DNA of 39,788 nt from a virus. Shown one piece after another: positions 17,467-26,619 of the stretch. Where the stretch lies: the IMG/VR virus record IMGVR_UViG_3300029412_000011; one strand, given 5' to 3'. Numbering within the stretch: position 1 is the first letter of the stretch; each line of letters opens with the position of its first letter. Below the pieces are notes generated by a model. That model made no database searches. It was given only the letters and a program-made list of their open reading frames with translations, and was not told the origin of the DNA. The translations under genes and the position numbers were made by a program.

Positions 17467-19037
17467 TGTATAAAGTAAAAATTGGAGATGAATATTTATA
17501 TCATCCGTGGGATTCGACAAGACAAATTGCCGACCCTAAATTAGATACAGAGTTAAATAAAAATGGTTCTTTTACTTTTTCTGTATATTCGGATAATCCA
17601 TTTTACGATTCTTTCAAAAAATTAAAAACGATAATTCGGATAATTGATTTTGACACTCAGGGCAACGAAAAAGAAATCTTCTGTTCTCGAGTATTAGATG
17701 AAGAAATTGATTTTGAAGGAGAGAAGACAATAACCTGTGAAGGAAATATGGCATATCTTCTTGATTCTGTTCAGCGGCCATATAAAGGAGAATATACTCC
17801 GAGTGAACTTTTTCGATTGTATATTGGGAAACACAATGAGCAAGTAGAACCTGAAAAACAATTTAGAATTGGCAACGTGACGGTAGCGGGTGAAAAAGCC
17901 AAGTATGATGAAAGCGATTATAAAGATACCAGAACAGCAATTGATGATAAGTTATTAAATGTTTACGGGGGATATATCCGAACAAGAGAAGAAAAAGGGG
18001 AATATTATATTGATTACCTGAAGGAATATGACGATGAAACGGGGCAGGCAGTGACGTTTGGCAAGAATATCTTAGATATTACCAAATATATAAAGGCAGA
18101 TGACATAAAAACATGCATTATACCGCTTGGAGCAACAAATAGTGCAATAGGAAGACCAGTAACAATCTCAAGCGTGAATAATAATGTGGATTATATTTGT
18201 GATTTGGAAGCGGTTAAAGCTTTTGGAAAGATATTTGGTACAGTTTCCTATTCGGATGTTGAAAGTCCATCGAGATTGTTAGAAAGAGCTAAGGAAGATA
18301 TTAAAGAACTCGTAAATTTATCTATAACGATTGAACTTACAGCAATAGACCTGAAAGACTTAGGATATGATGTAAAAAATATTAATGTCGGAGATAAGAT
18401 TCCAGTCAGGTCAAAACCACACGGAATAAACGCATATATGCAAGTAAGCAAAGTAAGTAAAAATTTGAAAGATGTTAGTGATTGTAAGGTAACCTTAGGT
18501 TCAACTATAAAAACTTTGATAGAGACCCAGAATACTTATAATAGCGGAATTAAAAGTGTAGAGGCAGTAGCAAGCGGAGCGGCAGCAAGGGCAACAACAG
18601 CCGAGAAAAATGCCGCAGAAGCAATAAAGGCAGCAGGAGAAATCACATTCAACACAATCTATCCCATCGGCAGCATCTATATGAGCATAAACGACACGAA
18701 TCCGGAAAAACTTTTCGGAGGCACCTGGGTAGCCTGGGGAAGTGGAAGGGTGCCTGTGGGAGTAGATACATCTGACAGTGACTTTTCAACTATAGAGAAA
18801 ACCGGCGGCGAAAAAACACATGAATTATCAATTAATGAAATGCCGTCACACACACACGCCAATTACGCGAAACGTACAAATGTAACGATAAATAGTAGTG
18901 GGAACACATTTATTTCTTGTCATAGTTCTAATACTGGTGCATCAACAGGAAATAATATTGGAAAAACAGGTAGTAATGCCCCCCACAACAATATACAGCC
19001 GTACATTACTTGTTATATGTGGAAACGTATAGAGTAG
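17466..19037 (+). CDS. Tail-associated protein (Tal / prophage-tail minor structural protein) with a C-terminal tail-collar (MdpB-like) domain
   Basis: The N-terminus is typical of phage minor structural proteins. The C-terminus has GGEKTHELSINEMPSHTH, a collar-domain motif. Confidence 0.75.
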   Translation: MYKVKIGDEYLYHPWDSTRQIADPKLDTELNKNGSFTFSVYSDNPFYDSFKKLKTIIRIIDFDTQGNEKEIFCSRVLDEEIDFEGEKTITCEGNMAYLLDSVQRPYKGEYTPSELFRLYIGKHNEQVEPEKQFRIGNVTVAGEKAKYDESDYKDTRTAIDDKLLNVYGGYIRTREEKGEYYIDYLKEYDDETGQAVTFGKNILDITKYIKADDIKTCIIPLGATNSAIGRPVTISSVNNNVDYICDLEAVKAFGKIFGTVSYSDVESPSRLLERAKEDIKELVNLSITIELTAIDLKDLGYDVKNINVGDKIPVRSKPHGINAYMQVSKVSKNLKDVSDCKVTLGSTIKTLIETQNTYNSGIKSVEAVASGAAARATTAEKNAAEAIKAAGEITFNTIYPIGSIYMSINDTNPEKLFGGTWVAWGSGRVPVGVDTSDSDFSTIEKTGGEKTHELSINEMPSHTHANYAKRTNVTINSSGNTFISCHSSNTGASTGNNIGKTGSNAPHNNIQPYITCYMWKRIE

Positions 19038-19049
19038 AAAGGAGAAAAG

Positions 19050-20123
19050 ATGGGACTTATAAATGAGTATCTGAAAAAGATAAAAGAAGCCGTTTACGGA
19101 GAAGAAGTAAGAGATAGTATTCATGATGCGATAGAACAATGCTATAAAGATGCGACAGGGCATCCGGATAGTGTAGCGGCGACAGTGGGAGAAATAAATA
19201 AAATATCATCTAATCTCGATGGAGAAATAGCCGATCGTAAATCAGATGTAGATACAGAGCGTAAAAGAATTGATAACTTGGTTAAAGTTAAGCCAGATAA
19301 TTTTGTAGAATATACAGCAGATAATTTTTTAATGTCATGTAAAAATGATGCGCAGGCATCTACTACAGAGACAACTTTAAATGTTTTTAAAAACATTAGT
19401 TCTAAATCTGAAAATTTAGGAAATTTCATAACAATTTCCAGTGATTCGAAGATTCAGATTAAAAAAAGTGGGTTGTATTCATTTGATTGTAAAGTTCAAG
19501 TTACCGGTGTAAATGCGTCCACGGGTAGACAATATGCAAGGTTAAAAATTAATGATGTACAAAAAAACGAATACATGATTAGTTTAGTGGGAGAGACTGA
19601 CGAAGAATTTACAAATTTTATTGTTAGCTTAAATGAGGGTGATACGATTTCTTTCACTGGAGAAGCCGATTTTGATGATACGTGGATAACACTTTATACG
19701 ACTATACACATATTAGATTATGACGGAAAAGTAAAAATTCCAGATTATACAAACGAATTAGTGGATGTGAGAGTCGGTGTAGATGGCACAACGTATGACA
19801 CTGCGGGAGCAGCAGTAAGGGGGCAGATAAAAGGATTGACTGACATAATAGATTTGACTTTTGCGTTAAGTTCTTCAGTTTTAAAGAGCACTACTTTTAG
19901 TGTGAAGACCTCAAGAAAGTTAGCAATTATTATTCCGGAAGGGGTGATAGTCTATTATTATTATAGACCCGGAACCGCAGTAGCATATAAATATTCAGAA
20001 GGGAAAATACAACGGTTTAATCTTAATGCGGGTGAACAACAACATTTTGAAATACGGAGAGAGTCTAAGGATATCACTAGTAAAACATACCTAGAACTAA
20101 TGTTAATCCCAAGAATTTTATAG
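19050..20123 (+). CDS. Putative tail fibre / receptor-binding protein
   Basis: N-terminal IKEAVYGEEVRDSIHDAIEQ motif is common in fibre and appendage proteins. The central SGLYSFDCKVQV...LNEGDTISF segment is reminiscent of a C1q/TNF-like jelly roll. Confidence 0.55.
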   Translation: MGLINEYLKKIKEAVYGEEVRDSIHDAIEQCYKDATGHPDSVAATVGEINKISSNLDGEIADRKSDVDTERKRIDNLVKVKPDNFVEYTADNFLMSCKNDAQASTTETTLNVFKNISSKSENLGNFITISSDSKIQIKKSGLYSFDCKVQVTGVNASTGRQYARLKINDVQKNEYMISLVGETDEEFTNFIVSLNEGDTISFTGEADFDDTWITLYTTIHILDYDGKVKIPDYTNELVDVRVGVDGTTYDTAGAAVRGQIKGLTDIIDLTFALSSSVLKSTTFSVKTSRKLAIIIPEGVIVYYYYRPGTAVAYKYSEGKIQRFNLNAGEQQHFEIRRESKDITSKTYLELMLIPRIL

Positions 20124-20137
20124 AAGGGGGGATGAAA

Positions 20138-20854
20138 ATGCAGCCGGTATTACACTTTGTTGTAAATAATCAGATTATTACCAGGACAGATACTTTCGTA
20201 CCCGTCCGTAACAGTAGAAATTATCTATATGCAGAATTCGAATTTAAAACAGAAGACTGGGCGGGTGTAAGCAAAATCGCATTGTTTCATAATGAAGGCA
20301 ATGAGCAAATTTCAATTTTGCTCGGAGAGACGAATACATGCTTGATTCTTGCCGAGGTGCTTACGAGCACATCCTTTACTGTGTCAGTTGTTGCGAGCGA
20401 TATGATAACTGCAAACGCAGTAACAATTAAATTGTACGAGTCAGGATACCGGCAGGGGGACATCCCGGAACCGCCTCCTTCATTGTATGAACAGATTATG
20501 AATTATTTTGATGAGACTAAAGCAACTACAACCGGAGCGGCGAAAGAGGCGGAGTCTTGGGCGCATGGCCACGCAGACTATCCTGATCGGCAGAAAGATA
20601 ATGCTGCATACTATGCATCAGAGGCAAAAAATGCAGCGGAAGGCATAGATGGACGAGTCGAGGAAGGAAAGAGGGACATTGATAAATATGTTAAGGAGAA
20701 AGAAGCTTCCTTAAAAGGCGAGACAGGCAATGTTTATTTTGCAGCGTTTAATGTTACTAAAAAAGGCCGACTGATAATGTATTCTGACCCGAGTGTAGAT
20801 AAGATTCGTTTTGATCGCGAGCGCAGCCGATTGAAATATAAATTAGCATTGTAA
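20138..20854 (+). CDS. Tail fibre-associated structural protein
   Basis: Assigned by position. C-terminal AKEAESWAHGHADYPDRQKDNAAYYASEAKNAAEG resembles the helical repeats of the next fibre gene. Confidence 0.5.
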   Translation: MQPVLHFVVNNQIITRTDTFVPVRNSRNYLYAEFEFKTEDWAGVSKIALFHNEGNEQISILLGETNTCLILAEVLTSTSFTVSVVASDMITANAVTIKLYESGYRQGDIPEPPPSLYEQIMNYFDETKATTTGAAKEAESWAHGHADYPDRQKDNAAYYASEAKNAAEGIDGRVEEGKRDIDKYVKEKEASLKGETGNVYFAAFNVTKKGRLIMYSDPSVDKIRFDRERSRLKYKLAL

Positions 20855-20873
20855 TTTAGAAGGGAGAGATAAG

Positions 20874-23654
20874 ATGCCAAGTACAGAAAATAACTACGTC
20901 GCAACGGATTTGGGCAATATCGCGCTAAACCCTTGTGGGGAATATAGTAAATCAACCTTATATGAGTATCTCGACATGGTGAGCTACCAGGGAGGTTCGT
21001 ATTTCTGTAAGGTAGATTTTCCGCAGAAAATATCCGGAATTGCGCCAGAACCGGGCAAAAACACAGAAATGTGGCAGTTGTTAACTTTGCCGGGTGACAT
21101 GACGCCGGAGTACATCGCGATTCGAGACGAGGTTGTTGAGAAAGCAGAGCAGGTAGAAAGCAGCCGAGCAGCAGTAGAACTGTCTCGGCAGGAAATTGAA
21201 GACGCACAGGCAGACGTGCAACAGATGAGGCTAGACGCGCAGGAAGCGGCTGAGCAGGCTACTGCAAGCCGTGATTCCGCCGCAGGCTACGCACAGTCCG
21301 CAGAGGCATCCAGGACAGCCGCACAAGAGGCTGAGCAGAACGCAACGGCACAGGTGCAGGGGTTTGATATGCACGTCACGGAGAAAACCTCTGAGGCGGA
21401 AGAGGCGATTTCGGAAGCAAGAACATCTGCGGTAAATGTAGTAAAAAATCAGGGCGAGAGTAGTTCTAGGGATGCCAAGTCAGCCGCAACAATCGCACAG
21501 TCAAGTGCTAGTGGTGCCGCATCTGCAGCATCTAGTGCACAAAATTCTGCTCAAGCGGCAAAGGGTTCTGCAGAAGAAGCTGCATCAGCCGCAAGTGCTG
21601 CAACCTCTGCGGCAAATTCGGCATCCTCTTTTGCTAATAATGCCTCCTCGGCAAAAGATGCAGCGGAAAAAGCATCAGAAAGTGTAAGAACCGCAGCAAC
21701 GCAGGCGATTTCTGATATTTCTACAGCTAAATCCGAAGCAACGCAGGCGGTAACGTCGGAAGGAGTAAAGCAGTTAAAATCTGTAACAACCGCCGGAGAA
21801 GAGAAAGTCACGAGCATGACACAAATAAACACCGAATTTGACACAAAAAGTTCTCAAGCATTGAATGATTTACAAACAGAAAAAGACACTGCCGTAAAAA
21901 ACATTAAAGAGCTTGCGACAGAAAAAACAGACGAGATTAACACGGCCGGCACAAGCCAGAAAAACGCAGTCAATACCGCAGGGGATACAAAAGTAAAAGC
22001 AGTTACTGATGAGGGTAATAAACAGAAAAAAGCAATTCAGGAAGTAGCGGAACCGTTCTTAAGCGACATTAACCGAATCAATACAATGTTTAATTTGCTT
22101 GCTTATACGGATAAAGTGTATTCAATCGATATCCCGCTCTGGGAGACAACACAGGGCAGTGCAGGGATTAAATCGGATGATAACGCCGGATTAATTGCGT
22201 TACCTTCCACAGCCGCAGAACATCGTCAAAATGACTACGAGGAACTTCCATGGTTTAAGACGATCGATGTAAATGCTATTGTGGATGATAACGGAATCAA
22301 AAAAATCACAGCAGTAAAGGGGGATGATAATTTCTCAGAGACAGGCAGCGCAGACGTATTTGTGTGCGGACTTGCTTTCTACGAGAAATGGTCTAATCTC
22401 GGCAATGGATACATGAGATATTCCCGGTGCTTTACCCCTCGTGAGGGATACGAATTAAACAAATTAGCATACAACTTAGACGGGACAAAGAATCCTTTCT
22501 TCCTGATTGCAAAATATCCTCTCGTCAAGGGAGAAGACGGTTTATTACATTCCCAGCCGAATAAAAGATGCGCATTTCGAACGAGTGATTCCGCAACAGA
22601 AGCTATTTCGATGAATGACAGCATTACGCACATGAAAAAACGCGGAAAATACTATTCGCTAGCCTCGTTTTTAGATAACGGATATATCCAGACCACATGG
22701 CTCTTAATGTTCGGAGATATCAATAGCGATAAAACAATGACAGGATGTACAGGTAATAATTTTCAGTTTATTGCCTCGATTGAAAGCGATGAGCTGCATA
22801 CTTATTTTCCTGTCACAAATTCGCAGGCATCTAATATCGAAGTCGGTAGTTATGTATCCGTTGGACATGAATATATGAGCGGTTCAAGTCGTTCTGCAGA
22901 TAGATATGATAAGCGAATTCACGAGCTTGCATTTGATGTTAAAGTCTTAAAAATTGAAACATTAGATGATAATAACAAGGCAGTTTATCTTGATTGTGAT
23001 GCGTTTTCGACGATACATCAGGAATCTGGAGATACGCAATTAAGATGCATTATGTCCTCGATGCACTGGAGAACCGGATTTAACAAGGATGTGAAAGGTC
23101 GGACAGGAAGCCCTTGTCCTACGGTCGCAGGTCTCACGAACAGACGATATCCTATCGTTTTTCAAGGCATCGAGATGCAGCTGGGTATCTATGAGATTAT
23201 GTCTGGATTTAGCATCATTACTGGCGATAACACACGCGAGATTTATGGATTAGCAGATGCAACAAAGGCGGTAACGGCTCCTAAACAGAATCAAGCAGGC
23301 TATATTAAGTTATCGGAGATTAGCATAACAAGCAAAAACACATGGAACTATATTACGCATTTAAATTTTAAGAATGGATATCTATGTGCAGCAAGCTGTG
23401 GAGAAAGTGGTAGCGGTAGTTCGAAAGGATGCGGCGATGCGGTAAATCTGAGTGGTAGTGTCGGAGACACGAGAGAGCTCCTGTCGTTTGGCGTTCTCTG
23501 GAACTGGGATGCCTGCGGGCTGTTCTGCCTGAGTCTGATCGGTTCGGGCTTGGGGGCTGCGGGTGGCATATCGGCGGTCGCCTTTCTGTCAACGCGGTTT
23601 TACAAGAGGGGTGAATTCCGCAAGGAAGAGGGGATTCCTCCCATCATTAACTAG
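20874..23654 (+). CDS. Tail fibre, DGR variable protein (the C-terminal region carries the VR; the 3' end is uncertain because of a 2-nt indel relative to TR)
   Basis: 926 aa with an Ala/Ser/Gln-rich helical stalk. The C-terminal ..SFGVLWNWDACGLFCLSL.. aligns with the downstream TR. Confidence 0.85.
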   Translation: MPSTENNYVATDLGNIALNPCGEYSKSTLYEYLDMVSYQGGSYFCKVDFPQKISGIAPEPGKNTEMWQLLTLPGDMTPEYIAIRDEVVEKAEQVESSRAAVELSRQEIEDAQADVQQMRLDAQEAAEQATASRDSAAGYAQSAEASRTAAQEAEQNATAQVQGFDMHVTEKTSEAEEAISEARTSAVNVVKNQGESSSRDAKSAATIAQSSASGAASAASSAQNSAQAAKGSAEEAASAASAATSAANSASSFANNASSAKDAAEKASESVRTAATQAISDISTAKSEATQAVTSEGVKQLKSVTTAGEEKVTSMTQINTEFDTKSSQALNDLQTEKDTAVKNIKELATEKTDEINTAGTSQKNAVNTAGDTKVKAVTDEGNKQKKAIQEVAEPFLSDINRINTMFNLLAYTDKVYSIDIPLWETTQGSAGIKSDDNAGLIALPSTAAEHRQNDYEELPWFKTIDVNAIVDDNGIKKITAVKGDDNFSETGSADVFVCGLAFYEKWSNLGNGYMRYSRCFTPREGYELNKLAYNLDGTKNPFFLIAKYPLVKGEDGLLHSQPNKRCAFRTSDSATEAISMNDSITHMKKRGKYYSLASFLDNGYIQTTWLLMFGDINSDKTMTGCTGNNFQFIASIESDELHTYFPVTNSQASNIEVGSYVSVGHEYMSGSSRSADRYDKRIHELAFDVKVLKIETLDDNNKAVYLDCDAFSTIHQESGDTQLRCIMSSMHWRTGFNKDVKGRTGSPCPTVAGLTNRRYPIVFQGIEMQLGIYEIMSGFSIITGDNTREIYGLADATKAVTAPKQNQAGYIKLSEISITSKNTWNYITHLNFKNGYLCAASCGESGSGSSKGCGDAVNLSGSVGDTRELLSFGVLWNWDACGLFCLSLIGSGLGAAGGISAVAFLSTRFYKRGEFRKEEGIPPIIN
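23477..23586 (+). repeat. DGR variable repeat (VR)
   Basis: Aligns with 23673-23780. All 19 substitutions fall at TR adenines, and there is one 2-nt (TT, 23543-23544) insertion. Confidence 0.9.
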
Positions 23655-23672
23655 GGTTTGCGTGTCAGCACC

Positions 23673-23780
23673 GCTCCAGTCGTTTGGCAATCTCAGGAAC
23701 AGGGATACCTGCGGGCTGTTCTACCTGAATCTGAACAACAGGCTTGGGAACTACAGGTGGAATATCGGCGGTCGCAATTC
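23673..23780 (+). repeat. DGR template repeat (TR)
   Basis: Non-coding copy of the VR, starting 18 nt after the fibre stop. Its adenines sit in AAC/AAT/TAC/AGG codons of a single frame. Confidence 0.9.
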
Positions 23781-23944
23781 GAAAAAATTATACATCTAAA
23801 ATAACTTTTGACACGTATTTCGTACCTTGGCAGGACAGCGAAAGCTCCTTAGGCTCAACTAAAGTTGTAGTCTAAAAATTGTATATGAAACCGGTAGGCT
23901 AGTAATAGAAATGAAAGTCTATGCTATACAACGAAAGGATGTAA

Positions 23945-25132
23945 ATGAAACGGTTTTGCAAAAATTTTGTATTCACGGAAGAATACATAAGAAAATGTTT
24001 AAGTGATTGTTTAAAAAGAAGATGGAGGCGTAAGGATGTAGCTTATTTCCTTGCGGGATATGCTATTCGTCATAAAATGACGGATAAAAGCCTACACGAT
24101 GCGGCAAAATCAATCCGTCACTATGTATATAGCGATACTAAAGCGAGAAAGAATGTTAAAAAGACCCTCTTTCCTGTAATCTCTAAGGACTTATTAGAGG
24201 AGATCAATAATAATTGTATACCTCTTAGAAAAATTCATTATCAGAATCGAACTGATAAAGCGAGTGGGAAAGAGAGAAGAATCGGCATCGCAAGCATTAA
24301 ACAACAGGTTTATGATTACATCGTGATTAATGCGATTAAACCGATGTTAAATGCAAAAATCGGACCGTATCAGTGTGCAAGTATTAAAGGAAGAGGTCAA
24401 ATCTTCGGCAAGAAAGCAATAGAGCGATGGATAAGAAAGGAAGAGTCAGCAACAAAGTATTACTGCAAAGAGGATATCTATCATTATTATCCGAGTATCC
24501 CGCGTGACAGGTTAAAGAAATTACTTGCAAGGGATATTAAGAATGAAGTAATTTTGAAAGTTATCTATCGCCTCTTAGATACATACGAAGAAGGGCTGTG
24601 CATCGGCTCATATCTCTGTCAGTATTTAGCAAATTACTATCTGTCATATGCCTGGCACTATATTGATAATCATTGTTACACACTCCGAAGGAGAAAGCGA
24701 ATTAATATGATCTCTAAGAAATTATTCTATATGGATGATATTATTTTGTTTTCCTGGAATCTTAAAAATCTAAAGAAGGCTCGTAAGATACTGCACGATT
24801 TCCTAAAAGGAAAACTGGGAATAAGATTCAAGAGCGAGAATAATTATCACAGAGGTTCAGAGACAATCGACATGATGGGCTATAAAATCACAAGAACACA
24901 TACAACAATTAGAAAAAGAAACTGGAAAAGAATCAGGAGACTACTTGTAAGATATAAAAATAAAGCAAGAACAATGTGCAGAAATGTAGCAAGTAAGATA
25001 ATCTCCCGTAACGGCATGGTTAAAAATTCTGATTCAGTGATGATTTCGAGGAAATATAACATAAAAAGAACATTAAACAGAGCAAAAGAGGTGATTAGAT
25101 GCGAAGCAAAGGCTATTTTACCAGCCGTTTGA
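23945..25132 (+). CDS. DGR-type reverse transcriptase
   Basis: Contains the YMDDIILF catalytic motif, GLCIGSYLCQYLANYYL (DGR-like motif 4), KERRIGIASIKQQVYDYIV and DIYHYYPSIPRDRL. Lies immediately downstream of the TR. Confidence 0.9.
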   Translation: MKRFCKNFVFTEEYIRKCLSDCLKRRWRRKDVAYFLAGYAIRHKMTDKSLHDAAKSIRHYVYSDTKARKNVKKTLFPVISKDLLEEINNNCIPLRKIHYQNRTDKASGKERRIGIASIKQQVYDYIVINAIKPMLNAKIGPYQCASIKGRGQIFGKKAIERWIRKEESATKYYCKEDIYHYYPSIPRDRLKKLLARDIKNEVILKVIYRLLDTYEEGLCIGSYLCQYLANYYLSYAWHYIDNHCYTLRRRKRINMISKKLFYMDDIILFSWNLKNLKKARKILHDFLKGKLGIRFKSENNYHRGSETIDMMGYKITRTHTTIRKRNWKRIRRLLVRYKNKARTMCRNVASKIISRNGMVKNSDSVMISRKYNIKRTLNRAKEVIRCEAKAILPAV

Positions 25133-25443
25133 CAAAAAGCTATGATTATTTTTCGCTTCCAGATGGCACGGCGGATGTATTTATCTATGATTTAAATTCC
25201 GTTGAAGAAGTCACGCAGAAATGCGAGGAAAATGAATTTGTTCAGTTTCGCTATGACATGAACGAATTTAATATTGATTCATCTGTGATTACGCAGGAGA
25301 TGGTTGCTGCTGATTCGGCGAAATATTTAGACTATGAACCGGAAAAAGAGAAAACAGCACTGGAAATGATTGCAGAGATAAAAGAAGAAAACAACATGCT
25401 GAAGGAATGCCTGCTCGAAATGAGCGAGTTGGTCTATCAGTAA
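25099..25443 (+). CDS. Small acidic phage protein (XkdW-like position), unknown function
   Basis: SD AAAGAGG lies 6 nt before ATG 25099. Overlaps the RT 3' end by 34 nt. Confidence 0.5.
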   Translation: MRSKGYFTSRLTKSYDYFSLPDGTADVFIYDLNSVEEVTQKCEENEFVQFRYDMNEFNIDSSVITQEMVAADSAKYLDYEPEKEKTALEMIAEIKEENNMLKECLLEMSELVYQ

Positions 25444-25493
25444 TGTTAAAACTGTTAACATATTTTTACATTAAAGAAAGTAGAGGTAAAGAA

Positions 25494-25637
25494 ATGATGG
25501 CGATGTTATGGGCGCAGCAGATTATGCTAGGGAAAAAAGAGTACAAGGATGTACCGAGACTGTTAAAAGAAAAAGTGAAAGAAATTTTGATTGACAGTGG
25601 TTTTGAGGAATTGGTAACTGATAATTCAGAAAAATAA
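25494..25637 (+). CDS. XkdX-family small phage protein
   Basis: MMAMLWAQQIMLGKKEYKDVPRLLKEKVKEIL matches the XkdX pattern. This is an internal start within track ORF 25407..25637. Confidence 0.55.
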   Translation: MMAMLWAQQIMLGKKEYKDVPRLLKEKVKEILIDSGFEELVTDNSEK

Positions 25638-25649
25638 AGGAGAAGAGTT

Positions 25650-26108
25650 ATGAAAAAGAGAATGATTTTATGTGTAATGATGATGTGCTGTCTGTTATTT
25701 CCGGTTTATACGTCTGCTAGAACGGTGAATTACAATCGTACAGAAAACTATAAAAATTTTGTACGGGCTGTGACACATAAGCCGATAAAAATTTCTATCA
25801 GCTACAACACAATTGGAAAAAATGAACGAAAATTTATGTATAAATGGACGCATTTGGAAAATGCGACAGGGTACGAGCACCAGATTTCACCGGATAAAAA
25901 ATTTAAAAAAGATGTGCATAATCAGAAAGGTGGTCCAAACTGGGGTAGTGCAACGAGGGAATACACGTGCAGTTTAAATGACGAACCGTGCGCACATATT
26001 CATCAGAATTATTACATCCGTATTCGCCCGGTGTTCGGAAAATACCACGGCCGGTGGAGTAAAGTAGCAATCTGTAAAGGTAATCTGAATGAAAATAGTA
26101 GCAAATAA
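25650..26108 (+). CDS. Secreted protein with Sec signal peptide, possibly FN3-like
   Basis: Begins MKKRMILCVMMMCCLLFPVYTSA, followed by a WTHLENATGYEHQISPDKKF motif. Confidence 0.6.
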   Translation: MKKRMILCVMMMCCLLFPVYTSARTVNYNRTENYKNFVRAVTHKPIKISISYNTIGKNERKFMYKWTHLENATGYEHQISPDKKFKKDVHNQKGGPNWGSATREYTCSLNDEPCAHIHQNYYIRIRPVFGKYHGRWSKVAICKGNLNENSSK

Positions 26109-26607
26109 GGATAAAAAAAAGCGATTTCCGTGGAGGGTTATCTTAGACAACGGCCGGATTATCCCGGTCCCTTCACAGCATAATTTTAAAACGGATTTTA
26201 TCAAGCGACATGGTTGTAGCCTTGTCGCTTTTTATATGGCTTTACGCTATAAGGGCGTTAAGAAAAATATGCAGCAGACATTGCGGTACGCTCGAAGAAA
26301 ACTGAAATGTGGTGCAAAGTATCCGCTGACGGAAATTGCGAGGGGAATCAACATGATCTGCTCGGGAAAGCCGGCTGTCTATCATAGAATTATGAGTAAT
26401 GATAGACTTGAAGCACATCTTAAGAAAGGGCATATGATTTTATTCGAAGAGGGCAATCCGATTCACACAGTTGTTTTGCTTAAAGACAATAGGACAGATA
26501 AGGTATGGAGATTCTCTGATGGGCGCAAAAACGTAACGACAGTCGAAAAAGAAAACAAGAAAAAATGTACGAACAAGAAGTACAGAGGAATAGTTATCGT
26601 GAAATAG
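26089..26607 (+). CDS. Putative papain-like (C39-like) cysteine peptidase
   Basis: Candidate catalytic Cys in RHGCSLVAFYMAL and His in NPIHTVVLL. Overlaps the upstream gene by 20 nt. Confidence 0.45.
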   Translation: MKIVANKDKKKRFPWRVILDNGRIIPVPSQHNFKTDFIKRHGCSLVAFYMALRYKGVKKNMQQTLRYARRKLKCGAKYPLTEIARGINMICSGKPAVYHRIMSNDRLEAHLKKGHMILFEEGNPIHTVVLLKDNRTDKVWRFSDGRKNVTTVEKENKKKCTNKKYRGIVIVK

Positions 26608-26619
26608 GAGGAAAAGATT

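Noticed and set aside
21100-21850. ORFs 21472..21687 (+) and 21551..21844 (-), and the Ala/Ser/Gln-rich repeats
   Set aside because: This is alternative-frame noise within the low-complexity helical stalk of the 926-aa fibre.
23563-23799. 78-aa ORF in the track running from the VR 3' end through the TR
   Set aside because: It starts at a GTG inside the fibre gene with no SD, and it is simply the TR read in its Asn-codon frame. It is useful as evidence for the TR frame but is not a gene.
25099-25443. This 114-aa ORF as the DGR accessory protein Avd
   Set aside because: It is acidic and appears beta-rich, unlike the basic four-helix-bundle Avd. Its position matches the XkdW/XkdX-type small genes that follow fibres.
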